Shown here: one piece after another, positions 17,641 to 28,614 of the stretch
Layout: each line of letters starts with the position of its first letter
Numbering within the stretch: the first letter of the stretch is position 1
Assembly (NCBI RefSeq): GCF_001457595.1
Contig: NZ_LN831039.1
Span: 6,090,001-6,122,000, forward strand
Source of the DNA: Mycolicibacterium smegmatis
Lineage (GTDB): Bacteria; Actinomycetota; Actinomycetes; Mycobacteriales; Mycobacteriaceae
Length of the DNA stretch: 32,000 nt
Direction of reading: 5' to 3'
Made by a program: the position numbers and the translations under genes
Notes under the pieces: model-generated
The model's input: the letters and a program-made list of their open reading frames with translations, nothing else
Told to the model about the DNA's origin: nothing
The model's database searches: none

Positions 17641-19197
17641 CTACTCGGAAGAGTCCGAACCGCCCTTGGATTCGCCGCTGCCCTTGGACTCACTGCCCGT
17701 GTTGGACTTCGTGTCCTTGGCCGCGGCCTTGGCTTCCTTGGCTGCCTTTGCCTCGGCCTTGGCCGCAGCCTTGGCCTTCTTGGCCTCCTTGGCCGCCTTG
17801 AGCTTGGCCTGCCGAGCTTCCTTGGCCTCGCTGATCTTGGCCTTGATCCGATCAGTGACCTTGACCTTGGTCTTGCTCTTGACCGCACCCTCGGCGTCGG
17901 CCCCGGTGGAGGCGGCGGGGGTGGAGTCCACGACAGCCTGCTCGGTCTCGGCCGGCGAAGCCTCGGCCGGCGCAGTTTCAGCCTTGGCCGGCACAGATTC
18001 AGCCTTGGCCGGCTCGACCTCGGCCTTCACGGCCTCGACCTCGGCCGCTGGGGCCTTGGCCTCAGATTCGACGGTACCGACAGTCGACACGAGCTTCGCG
18101 GTCTCGACCGCCGGCCCGGCGACGGCCGGAGCCTCGGTAACCGACTCGGTCAGCTCCGCCACGGGAGCAACAGTCACGTCCTCGGCGATCCGCTGAACCG
18201 TGACAGCGGCCGGTACGACCTCCGGCGTGTTGTCGATCGCGTCAGCGAAGGTCTTGGGAAGGTTCACCAGCAGGTTCTGCAGAAGGCCCGCGACAACCCG
18301 GACGCCGCCCTGCTCGCCGGGTTCGGCGAACGTCAGCAGCGCAGGCCACTCGGAGAAGCCGCCCTGACCCGTCTCGGGATCGGGGTCGGCGTAGTCGAAC
18401 CCGTTGAGCGCGGCGTTGACGAGGATGCCCGGCGTGTTCGCCAGGATGTTGACCACGTTCAGCGCCTCCCCGCTGGAGACGCTGGTCACGAGTGACTCGG
18501 CGATGCGGGCGAGTTCGAACGCCGGGCCGCTGACGGTCGCGAATGCACCCTGGAACAGGGCACTGACGACGACGCTCGAGGTGAAGGTCGCGGCAACCAG
18601 ATTGGTGACGTTCTGCGCGATCTGCTCGGGGATGCCGACCAAGTACTCGGTTCCGCCTCGCGGGATGCCGGAAAGGATGAACCCGGGAGCGATCAGGGGA
18701 CCGAAGGCGCCCTGGAAGGCGTACAGCATGGAGTGGTTGAACCACCGATAGGCCTCGCCGACGTTGCCGGCCTCGAGTTCGGCCTGAGCCCGGTCCAGGA
18801 GCACTTTGCCGTTGGTGCCGTTGTACCAGTTCTGAAGGGACGTCGGAATCGCCTCGAACGTGGCGCCGAACTGAGCGGCGTATCCGAGCTGGTTCTCCAC
18901 GACCTGGCGCAGCAGCGGTGCCGGATTCGCCGCGACCGCGGAGCCCAGCAGGCTGAGGTTGTCGATCGTGGTGCTGATCAGCGACCCGTAGACCGAGAGC
19001 GGAGAAGCTGTGGCATCCATCGTCGCCGTGAGGTCGTAGGCGATGGTTTGAGCTCGGTGCACGACCGGTGAGTCATGGACGACCGGCGTCACGGCCATGG
19101 CGCTGGCGGCCACTACGGCAACGCCACCGAGAAGGAACTTGTCCTTCCGGCTAACCGCTGGGGCATCACCGGAGGAAGCAAGGGCAGGATGGTGCAA
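17641..19197 (-). CDS. Secreted mycobacterial protein, GjpA-like (putative outer-membrane porin family) with Lys/Ala/Glu-rich C-terminal tail
   Basis: 518 aa; N-terminal hydrophobic signal-like segment FLLGGVAVVAASAMAVTPVVHD; Ala/Leu/Val-rich central region; low-complexity tail KEAKKAKAAAKAEAKAAKEAKAAAKD.... The GjpA-like label is from recall and is only moderately secure. Confidence 0.6.
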   Translation of the reverse strand: MHHPALASSGDAPAVSRKDKFLLGGVAVVAASAMAVTPVVHDSPVVHRAQTIAYDLTATMDATASPLSVYGSLISTTIDNLSLLGSAVAANPAPLLRQVVENQLGYAAQFGATFEAIPTSLQNWYNGTNGKVLLDRAQAELEAGNVGEAYRWFNHSMLYAFQGAFGPLIAPGFILSGIPRGGTEYLVGIPEQIAQNVTNLVAATFTSSVVVSALFQGAFATVSGPAFELARIAESLVTSVSSGEALNVVNILANTPGILVNAALNGFDYADPDPETGQGGFSEWPALLTFAEPGEQGGVRVVAGLLQNLLVNLPKTFADAIDNTPEVVPAAVTVQRIAEDVTVAPVAELTESVTEAPAVAGPAVETAKLVSTVGTVESEAKAPAAEVEAVKAEVEPAKAESVPAKAETAPAEASPAETEQAVVDSTPAASTGADAEGAVKSKTKVKVTDRIKAKISEAKEARQAKLKAAKEAKKAKAAAKAEAKAAKEAKAAAKDTKSNTGSESKGSGESKGGSDSSE

Positions 19198-19242
19198 CTG
19201 GATCTCCCTGAAGCTGATAATTGACTGAGGAACAACCAGAAA

Positions 19243-19261
19243 TTAGCTTAGCGTTGCCTAA
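19243..19261 (-). promoter_or_regulatory. Candidate IdeR/DtxR box (degenerate)
   Basis: On the minus strand, TTAGGCAACGCTAAGCTAA compared with consensus TTAGGTTAGSCTAACCTAA gives 15/19 matches, in the AT-rich leader about 45 bp upstream of the gene starting at 19197. Confidence 0.35.
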
Positions 19262-19320
19262 ATATCAATAGGCAAGGCTGGCCTCACTAACGCTTCAGAA
19301 AATTTGCCCGCACCGAAGAC

Positions 19321-19346
19321 GGGCCCCTTCCTTGCGGAAGGGGCCC
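19321..19346 (-). terminator. Strong GC-rich hairpin downstream of hsaB
   Basis: GGGCCCCTTCC-TTGC-GGAAGGGGCCC, 11-bp perfect stem, 20 bp past the hsaB stop. Confidence 0.6.
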
Positions 19347-19365
19347 GGTTCTCGTTGTGTGGCCT

Positions 19366-19935
19366 CTACAACCAGGTGTCGTCAGTGGTGGCCGTGAGGA
19401 AGGCCTCCAGGTCGTCACGCCACTGCGCGGGGGTGTTCTTGTCCGGCTCGATGCCGGTGTACTCGCCGCGGTAGAACAGCAGCGGACGGGGTTTGGTCTT
19501 CGGCACCTCCGAAAGCGAGTGCACCGCGCCGAACACCACGAAGTGGTCCCCGCCGTCGTGCACCGAATGCACCGTGCAGTCGATGTGCGCCAGCGTCCCG
19601 TCGATCACCGGTGATCCGAGTTTCGATGGGTGCCAGTCGATCCCGGCGAACTTGTCGGCGGCCTTGGAGCCGAACTGCGCCGACACGTGCTGCTGGTTCT
19701 CGTGCAGCATGTTGACGCAGAACCGCCCGGTGGCCTCGATCGCCTTCCAGGCCCGCGACTGCTTGGTGGGGCAGAACAGCACCAGCGGCGGATCCAGCGA
19801 CAGCGCCGCGAACGACTGACACGCGAAGCCGATCGGCACGTTCTCGTGCACCGTGGTGATCACGGTGACGCCGGTACAGAACTGGCCGAGCACATTGCGG
19901 AACGTGCGCGGGTCGATCGGTTGCGTGGCGGTCAC
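19366..19935 (-). CDS. hsaB: Flavin reductase component of 3-HSA monooxygenase
   Basis: GTG start; VTATQPIDPRTFRNVLGQFCTGVTVITTVHENVPIGFACQSFAALSLDPPLVLFCP...: flavin-reductase-like FMN-binding domain; position in hsaADCB. Confidence 0.9.
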   Translation of the reverse strand: MTATQPIDPRTFRNVLGQFCTGVTVITTVHENVPIGFACQSFAALSLDPPLVLFCPTKQSRAWKAIEATGRFCVNMLHENQQHVSAQFGSKAADKFAGIDWHPSKLGSPVIDGTLAHIDCTVHSVHDGGDHFVVFGAVHSLSEVPKTKPRPLLFYRGEYTGIEPDKNTPAQWRDDLEAFLTATTDDTWL

Positions 19936-19942
19936 GTGCAGG

Positions 19943-22911
<2,969 letters not shown>

Positions 22912-22952
22912 TGAATTGCCTCCCGGATCGAGATCCACAACTAGACAGAGAT

Positions 22953-22966
22953 TAGAACACGTTACG
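22953..22966. promoter_or_regulatory. KstR-type box, hsaA-proximal
   Basis: TAGAACACGTTACG: AACNNGTT core matching the published KstR motif TNNAACNNGTTNNA except the final base. Confidence 0.6.
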
Positions 22967-23020
22967 ATTTGTGTCGAGTAGCGCTGCAAAACATCGGCTG
23001 GACCTGCGCAACTGTAGTTT

Positions 23021-23034
23021 TGTAACCTGTTCTA
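23021..23034. promoter_or_regulatory. KstR-type box, kshB-proximal
   Basis: TGTAACCTGTTCTA matches TNNAACNNGTTNNA fully, 36 bp upstream of the likely kshB start (23071). Confidence 0.72.
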
Positions 23035-23070
23035 GTTCTGGCTGATTTGCAGAAGAGAAAGGGTCACCCC

Positions 23071-24141
23071 GTGACTGATGAGCCCCTGGGCAGCCACGTG
23101 CTCGAACTGCAGGTGGCCGAGGTCGTCGAGGAGACCTCCGACGCCCGCTCCCTGGTGTTCACGGTGCCCGAGGGCGCCGAGATCGCCGCGGACCGGCTTC
23201 GGTACTCCCCCGGCCAGTTCCTGACGCTGCGGGTCCCCAGCGACCGCACCGGGTCGGTCGCACGCTGCTACTCGCTGTCCTCGTCGCCGACCACCGACGA
23301 CCGGCTCACGGTGACGGTCAAGCGCACCGCCGACGGTTACGCCTCGAACTGGCTGTGCGACAACGCCCACGCCGGCATGCGCATCCACGTCCTGGCGCCC
23401 TCGGGTACGTTCGTGCCGAAGGACCTCGACACCGACTTCCTGCTTCTGGCCGCGGGCAGCGGCATCACGCCGATGATGGCGATCTGCAAATCCGCGCTCG
23501 CCGAGGGCACCGGCAACGTGGTGCTGATCTACGCCAACCGCGACGAGAACTCGGTGATCTTCGCTGGCGCACTGCGCGAACTGGGCGCGAAATACCCCGA
23601 CCGGCTGACCGTGGTGCACTGGCTGGAGACCGTGCAGGGCCTGCCGACGGCGGCCGGCCTCGGCGCGCTCGCCAAGCCGTTCGCCGGGCGTGAGGCGTTC
23701 ATCTGCGGGCCCGGTCCGTTCATGACCGCAGCCGAGGACGCGCTGCGCGCCGCGGGCACCCCCGACGACCACATCCACATCGAGGTGTTCAAGTCGCTGG
23801 AGTCCGATCCGTTCGCCGCGGTCGTGATCCCCGAGGACGACGGGGACGACGGGGACGACCAGGGCCCGGCGACCGCTGTGGTGACGCTGGACGGCACCAC
23901 ACACGAGATCCGTTGGCCGCGTTCGGCCAAGCTGCTCGATGTACTGCTGGACAAGGGTCTCGACGCGCCGTTCTCGTGCCGCGAGGGACACTGCGGCGCC
24001 TGCGCGGTGCTCAAGAAATCCGGCGAGGTGCACATGGAGATCAACGACGTGCTGGAGCCGTCGGATCTCGAGGAGGGTCTGATCCTGGGTTGCCAGGCGA
24101 CACCCGTGTCCGATTCCGTCGAAGTCACCTACGACGAATAG
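23071..24141 (+). CDS. kshB: 3-ketosteroid-9-alpha-hydroxylase reductase component
   Basis: Ferredoxin reductase (RCYSLSSSP, GSGITPMMAICK, ICGPGPFM) with C-terminal 2Fe-2S motif CREGHCGACAVLKKSGEV...CQA. GTG 23071 after gaaaggg (ORF open to 23047). Confidence 0.92.
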   Translation: MTDEPLGSHVLELQVAEVVEETSDARSLVFTVPEGAEIAADRLRYSPGQFLTLRVPSDRTGSVARCYSLSSSPTTDDRLTVTVKRTADGYASNWLCDNAHAGMRIHVLAPSGTFVPKDLDTDFLLLAAGSGITPMMAICKSALAEGTGNVVLIYANRDENSVIFAGALRELGAKYPDRLTVVHWLETVQGLPTAAGLGALAKPFAGREAFICGPGPFMTAAEDALRAAGTPDDHIHIEVFKSLESDPFAAVVIPEDDGDDGDDQGPATAVVTLDGTTHEIRWPRSAKLLDVLLDKGLDAPFSCREGHCGACAVLKKSGEVHMEINDVLEPSDLEEGLILGCQATPVSDSVEVTYDE

Positions 24142-24162
24142 CGAGAGGCTAGTTTCTTGACG

Positions 24163-24759
24163 ATGACTTCGACAGGGACCGCCATGCGGCGACTCGCTGC
24201 CTGCGCTGCCGCAGCGCTGGTGACCGGGACACTCACGTCGGCGCCGGCGTCGGCGGCCTCCGATTCGGGCCACACCTCGGTGCCGATCGACCCGGCCACC
24301 GCCGTGGAGATGCACGTCGACGCCAACTGCACGCTGGCCACCAGCCGCTGCACGTTCAAGACGTGGGCCAACCTGCTCGCCGGGGGCGCCCCGACCGGTT
24401 TCCCCGGCGACACCTGGGCGCGGCAGACCATCACGCTGCGCAGCTCGGACCGCGCCGTGTGGCAGGAGGCCTTCTACAGCGCGCCGGCGGGCATGCCGCG
24501 CGAGGACAAGGGCGCCAACCACGACAACGTGCTGTCGGCGCTCAAGAAGTCGCTCAACACCGTCGAGATCTCGGTGACCTACTTCGGCGGCGGACCGATC
24601 GAGCGGTTCACCGTCGACGGCGACTCGACACCGATCGACTGGTACAAGGGCCACCCCAACACCGACGCCACGTTCATCGCGTGCTCGGTGATCCAGGTGG
24701 TGCGCGGCGGGTCCAACGTCACGACTCCCCCCGCCTGCGCCCAGACCAAGTTCAGCTGA
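24163..24759 (+). CDS. Conserved secreted hypothetical protein (Rv3572-like by synteny)
   Basis: Signal peptide MRRLAACAAAALVTGTLTSAPASAA; mature part has 3 or more Cys (NCTLATSRCTF..., ACSVIQ, PACAQTKFS). Lies between kshB and fadE34. TTG 24157 is an alternative start. Confidence 0.72.
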   Translation: MTSTGTAMRRLAACAAAALVTGTLTSAPASAASDSGHTSVPIDPATAVEMHVDANCTLATSRCTFKTWANLLAGGAPTGFPGDTWARQTITLRSSDRAVWQEAFYSAPAGMPREDKGANHDNVLSALKKSLNTVEISVTYFGGGPIERFTVDGDSTPIDWYKGHPNTDATFIACSVIQVVRGGSNVTTPPACAQTKFS

Positions 24760-24775
24760 CGCGGCAAACGGTCAC

Positions 24776-24825
24776 CGTGGGCCCTGTGCACGGTTGTCGG
24801 CCGGAATCCGTGCACAGGCCCCACG
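24776..24825. terminator. Long convergent (bidirectional) terminator hairpin
   Basis: CGTGGGCCCTGTGCACGG (24776-24793) pairs with CCGTGCACAGGCCCCACG (24808-24825): 18-bp stem with one mismatch, between convergent genes ending at 24759 and 24840. Confidence 0.75.
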
Positions 24826-24839
24826 CTCGGCGCAGGAAA

Positions 24840-26990
24840 TCAGCGCGGCAGGCCCAGCAGCCGCTCACCGGCCAACGTCAGCAGGATCTGCTCGGTGCCA
24901 CCGGCGATGGTCAGGCAGCGGGTGTTGAGGAACGTGTGGACCTCGCGGTTGCGCACGGCGCCGCCACCCTCGGTGAGCTCCATGTGGAACTCCGCGAGCG
25001 CCTGCCGGTACCGCACGCCGATCAGTTTGCGTGCGCTGGCCTGCGCTCCGGTGTCCTGGCCGCTGACGGCCAGCTGCGCGATGCGCTGATCCAGCAGTGA
25101 GCCCACCTGCGCAGTGACGATCAGCGCGCCCAGACGGTCCTGGTCGGCCGGGTCGAACTCGGGCTGCGCCTCCACCGCGCGCAGCACCTCCTCCATCGGG
25201 TTGCCCAGCGCGGTACCGCCTGCCATCGCCACGCGCTCGTTGGCCAGCGTGGTGCGCGCGAGCCGCCAGCCGTCGTTGACCGTGCCGACGACCATGGTGT
25301 CGGGCACGAACACGTCGTCGAAGAAGACCTCGTTGAACAGCTCGTCGCCGGTGATTTCACGCAGCGGGCGGATCACGATGCCCGGGGTCTTCATGTCGAC
25401 GAGGAAGTACGTGATGCCCTTGTGCTTCGGGGCATCCGGGTCCGTACGTGCCAGGCACACACCCCAGTGCGCGTTCTGCGCGGCGGAGGTCCACACCTTC
25501 TGACCCGTGAGCTTCCATCCCGGCTCACCGTTCGGCCCCTCGGCGCGAACCGCTTTCGTGCGCAGCGCCGCGAGATCCGAACCCGCGCCCGGCTCGGAGA
25601 ACAGCTGGCACCAGAACAGGTCACCGCGCAGCGTTGCGGGCACGAACTGCTCGATCTGCTCGGGGCTGCCGTGCTCGAGGATGGTCGGCACGGCCCACCA
25701 CCCGATCACCAGATCGGGCCGCTCGACCTCGGCCGCGGCGAGTTCCTGGTCAATCAGCAACTGCTCGGCCGGCGAGGCGTTGCGGCCGTATGGCTTCGGC
25801 CAGTGCGGCGCCAGCAGGCCCGATTCGGCCAGCGCGACCTGACGCTTCTCTTCCGGCAGCGCAGCGACCTCGGCCACCGCGGCGCTGATCTCGGGCCGCA
25901 GATCGGCCACCGACTCCAGGTCGATGTCGATGTCCCGGCGGGCGCCCTGCCGCGTCAACGCCGCGACGCGTCGCACCCAGCGGCGGCTGCCGCCGAGGAA
26001 ATGCGCGATGCCGTAGGCACGCCGCAGGTACAGGTGCGCGTCGTGCTCCCACGTGATGCCGATGCCGCCGAGCACCTGGATGCAGTCCTTGGCGTTGGCC
26101 TTGGCCGCGTCGATGCCGGTGGCGACGGCCACCGCGGCCGCGATCGACAACTGCGTCGCGGAGTCGGACCCGTCCGACTCGGCCACGGCCTTCGCGGCGT
26201 CGGCCGCGGCGACCGCGATCTGCTCGGAGCGCAGCAGCATCTCGGCGCACATGTGCTTGATCGCCTGGAAGCTGCCGATCGGCTTGCCGAACTGTTCGCG
26301 CACCTTCGCGTACTCGGTCGCGGTGTTCAGCGTCCACCGCGCCAATCCGGCCGCCTCGGCCGCCAGCAGCGTGGCGGCCAGATCGGAGAAGCGCTGCCGC
26401 GACACCGGCAGCACCTCGGCGGGTGCGTTGTCCAGCTCGACGCGTGCCAGCGGGATCGAGAAGTCCGTCGCGGTGAGCGGTTCCACGCTCACCCCGTCGG
26501 CACCGGCGTCGAGCAGCAGCACATCGTCGCCCGCGGGCAGCAGCAGCACCCCGGCCGCATCGGCGCCGAGCACGAATTCGACTGTGCCGGAAGCACATCC
26601 GTCGACGACGGTGACATCGGCGCTCAGCGCGGCACCGGCCGTGCGCTCTCCGGACATCAGGGCCTCAAGCAGCCCCGTGTCGGTGACCAGCAGGGTCGCC
26701 AGCGCGGTCGTGACCACGGGCCCCGGCACCAGCGCCGCGGCGGCCTCGTCGATCATCGCGGCGAGGTCGGCGACCGTACTGCCGGCTCCGCCGAGCTCAT
26801 CGGGCACGGCGACGCCGAAGATGCCGAGTTCGGCGAAACCCTGATACGCCGCCCGCCACGCCTGGGGGTCGGTCTCGGACTCCCGCACGGCCGCGACCGC
26901 GCCGGACGCCGACGCCCAGCTGCGGACCATATCGCGGGCGGCGAACTCCTCGGAGGTGCCCGCCCCCGCCGACAACAGTGACACAGTCAA
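24840..26990 (-). CDS. fadE34: Acyl-CoA dehydrogenase (fused two-domain, steroid side-chain family)
   Basis: 716 aa; two ACAD-like halves, the second with ELAAAEVERPDLVIGW..., LFSEPGAGSDLAALRTKA, GQKVWTSAAQNAHWGVCLARTD, GGTEQILLTLAGERLLGLPR; syntenic with kstR. Confidence 0.88.
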   Translation of the reverse strand: MTVSLLSAGAGTSEEFAARDMVRSWASASGAVAAVRESETDPQAWRAAYQGFAELGIFGVAVPDELGGAGSTVADLAAMIDEAAAALVPGPVVTTALATLLVTDTGLLEALMSGERTAGAALSADVTVVDGCASGTVEFVLGADAAGVLLLPAGDDVLLLDAGADGVSVEPLTATDFSIPLARVELDNAPAEVLPVSRQRFSDLAATLLAAEAAGLARWTLNTATEYAKVREQFGKPIGSFQAIKHMCAEMLLRSEQIAVAAADAAKAVAESDGSDSATQLSIAAAVAVATGIDAAKANAKDCIQVLGGIGITWEHDAHLYLRRAYGIAHFLGGSRRWVRRVAALTRQGARRDIDIDLESVADLRPEISAAVAEVAALPEEKRQVALAESGLLAPHWPKPYGRNASPAEQLLIDQELAAAEVERPDLVIGWWAVPTILEHGSPEQIEQFVPATLRGDLFWCQLFSEPGAGSDLAALRTKAVRAEGPNGEPGWKLTGQKVWTSAAQNAHWGVCLARTDPDAPKHKGITYFLVDMKTPGIVIRPLREITGDELFNEVFFDDVFVPDTMVVGTVNDGWRLARTTLANERVAMAGGTALGNPMEEVLRAVEAQPEFDPADQDRLGALIVTAQVGSLLDQRIAQLAVSGQDTGAQASARKLIGVRYRQALAEFHMELTEGGGAVRNREVHTFLNTRCLTIAGGTEQILLTLAGERLLGLPR

Positions 26991-27026
26991 CTCCTAGCCG
27001 TAGTGCGAGAAGTCCATGCTTCTCAC

Positions 27027-27040
27027 TAGAACGTGTTCTA
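27027..27040. promoter_or_regulatory. KstR operator, fadE34-kstR intergenic region
   Basis: Perfect palindrome TAGAACGTGTTCTA matching TNNAACNNGTTNNA, between fadE34 (26990) and kstR (27181). Confidence 0.85.
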
Positions 27041-27180
27041 ATAGTGACAGCGTTCGACCGTCAAGTCGACCCGCATCCAGGCTGAGTACGTCGCCGTTCA
27101 CCAGCTTGGGAATGTAGGAATAGAGAGCTGCGTGCTTATCGTTCTCGTTAAGCCCGCATCGAGAAGGAGCCGCCCGTCCC

Positions 27181-27861
27181 ATGGCCGGAAACTCACAGCC
27201 AACACGGCCCGAGCCGTCGTCCGGGTCGGACTTGAAACCACGTGAGGTGACCAACGTGGCGGTTCTCTCCGAGTCCGAACTGGGCTCGGAAGCCCAGCGC
27301 GAACGGCGCAAGCGCATTCTCGACGCGACGCTGGCCATCGCCTCCAAGGGTGGCTACGAGGCAGTGCAGATGCGCGCGGTGGCCGAACGCGCCGATGTCG
27401 CGGTGGGCACGCTGTACCGCTACTTCCCGTCGAAGGTGCACCTGCTGGTCTCGGCACTCGGACGCGAATTCGAACGCATCGACGCCAAGACCGACCGCGC
27501 CGCGCTGGCCGGCGGCACGCCGTATCAGCGGCTCAACTTCATGGTCGGCAAGCTCAACCGCGCCATGCAGCGCAATCCCCTGCTCACCGAGGCCATGACC
27601 CGCGCGTTCGTGTTCGCCGACGCCTCGGCCGCGGGCGAGGTGGATCACGTCGGCAAGCTCATGGACTCGATGTTCGCGCGTGCCATGAGCGACGGCGAAC
27701 CCACCGAGGACCAGTACCACATCGCCCGCGTGATCTCGGATGTGTGGCTGTCGAACCTGCTGGCCTGGCTCACCCGGCGCGCCTCGGCCACCGACGTGAG
27801 CAAGCGCCTCGACCTCGCCGTGCGCCTGCTGATCGGCACCGAGGAGCAACCTAAGATCTAG
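27181..27861 (+). CDS. kstR: TetR family repressor of cholesterol catabolism
   Basis: 226 aa; MAVLSESELGSEAQRERRKRILDATLAIASKGGYEAVQMRAVAERADVAVGTLYRYFPSKVHLLVSALGREFERID-like sequence; divergent from fadE34 over a perfect KstR box. The true start may be internal (GTG before AVLSESELGSE). Confidence 0.92.
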   Translation: MAGNSQPTRPEPSSGSDLKPREVTNVAVLSESELGSEAQRERRKRILDATLAIASKGGYEAVQMRAVAERADVAVGTLYRYFPSKVHLLVSALGREFERIDAKTDRAALAGGTPYQRLNFMVGKLNRAMQRNPLLTEAMTRAFVFADASAAGEVDHVGKLMDSMFARAMSDGEPTEDQYHIARVISDVWLSNLLAWLTRRASATDVSKRLDLAVRLLIGTEEQPKI

Positions 27862-27864
27862 CGG

Positions 27865-28614
27865 GTGAGTCTTTCGGGGGATCTGCAGCGCGCGCTCACC
27901 GCGGTCGCTGCCACACCGCACCTGCTGGTCACATCCGATTTCGACGGCACACTCGCGCCGATCGTCAACAACCCCGCCGACGCGCGGCCGCTCGCCGATG
28001 CCGCCGAGGCCCTCGCCGCACTCGCGGAACTGCCGCAGACCGCCTCGGCGCTGATCTCCGGACGTGCCCTCGAGGTGCTGCGCGCATTGTCCGGGATGCC
28101 GGACACGGTGCACCTGGTGGGAAGCCACGGCGCGGAGTTCACCTCCGGGTTCGGCCACGACATCGACACCGCTCTGCTGCAACGGATCACCGATCGGCTC
28201 CACACGATCGCATCGGGCAGGCCCGGTGTCACCGTGGAGACCAAACCGGCAAGCGTTGCGCTGCACGTGCGTAACGCCTCGCCCGAACACGGCGCGGCCG
28301 CGTTGACCGAGGCACGCACGGCCGCCGCGGAGTGGGACGCTCAGCTCACCGAGGGCAAGGCAGTGCTCGAATTCGCGGTTATCCAGACCGACAAGGGTGA
28401 GGCGGTCGACATCCTGCGGCAACAGGAAAACGCCACGGCAGTGGTGTTTTTCGGCGACGACGTCACCGACGAGAAGGCGTTCCGCCGGTTGCGCGGCGAC
28501 GACGTCGGCGTCAAGGTCGGACCGGGTGAGAGCCTCGCGGCGTACCGTGTCGACTCACCGGAAGACGTTGCCGCAGCGCTTGATCACCTTCTCGCCGTGC
28601 GCCGCGGCGCATAG
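27865..28614 (+). CDS. otsB: Trehalose-6-phosphate phosphatase
   Basis: 249 aa, GTG start; HAD motif I TSDFDGTLAPI, SGR, HGAEF, FFGDDVTDEKAFRRL. Starts 3 bp after the kstR stop. Confidence 0.88.
   Translation: MSLSGDLQRALTAVAATPHLLVTSDFDGTLAPIVNNPADARPLADAAEALAALAELPQTASALISGRALEVLRALSGMPDTVHLVGSHGAEFTSGFGHDIDTALLQRITDRLHTIASGRPGVTVETKPASVALHVRNASPEHGAAALTEARTAAAEWDAQLTEGKAVLEFAVIQTDKGEAVDILRQQENATAVVFFGDDVTDEKAFRRLRGDDVGVKVGPGESLAAYRVDSPEDVAAALDHLLAVRRGA

Noticed and set aside
17538-17801. PWPRPWLPWLPLPRPWPQPWP-type repeat peptide on the plus strand
   Set aside because: Antisense reading of the Lys/Ala/Glu-rich codon repeats of the GjpA-like gene, not a separate proline-tryptophan repeat protein.
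17641-18000. Tandem-like nucleotide repetition (ccttggcc...) resembling a repeat array or CRISPR
   Set aside because: It is codon-level low complexity of the KAKE tail with irregular units; there are no conserved repeats with unique spacers.
23032-24654. 540-aa minus-strand ORF opposite kshB
   Set aside because: Low-complexity HHR/QH-type translation, no domain, fully overlaps kshB and its neighbour.
25422-26981. 519-aa plus-strand ORF opposite fadE34
   Set aside because: Arg/Asp/Gly-rich shadow frame in high-GC DNA; the minus-strand fadE34 product is clearly the real gene.
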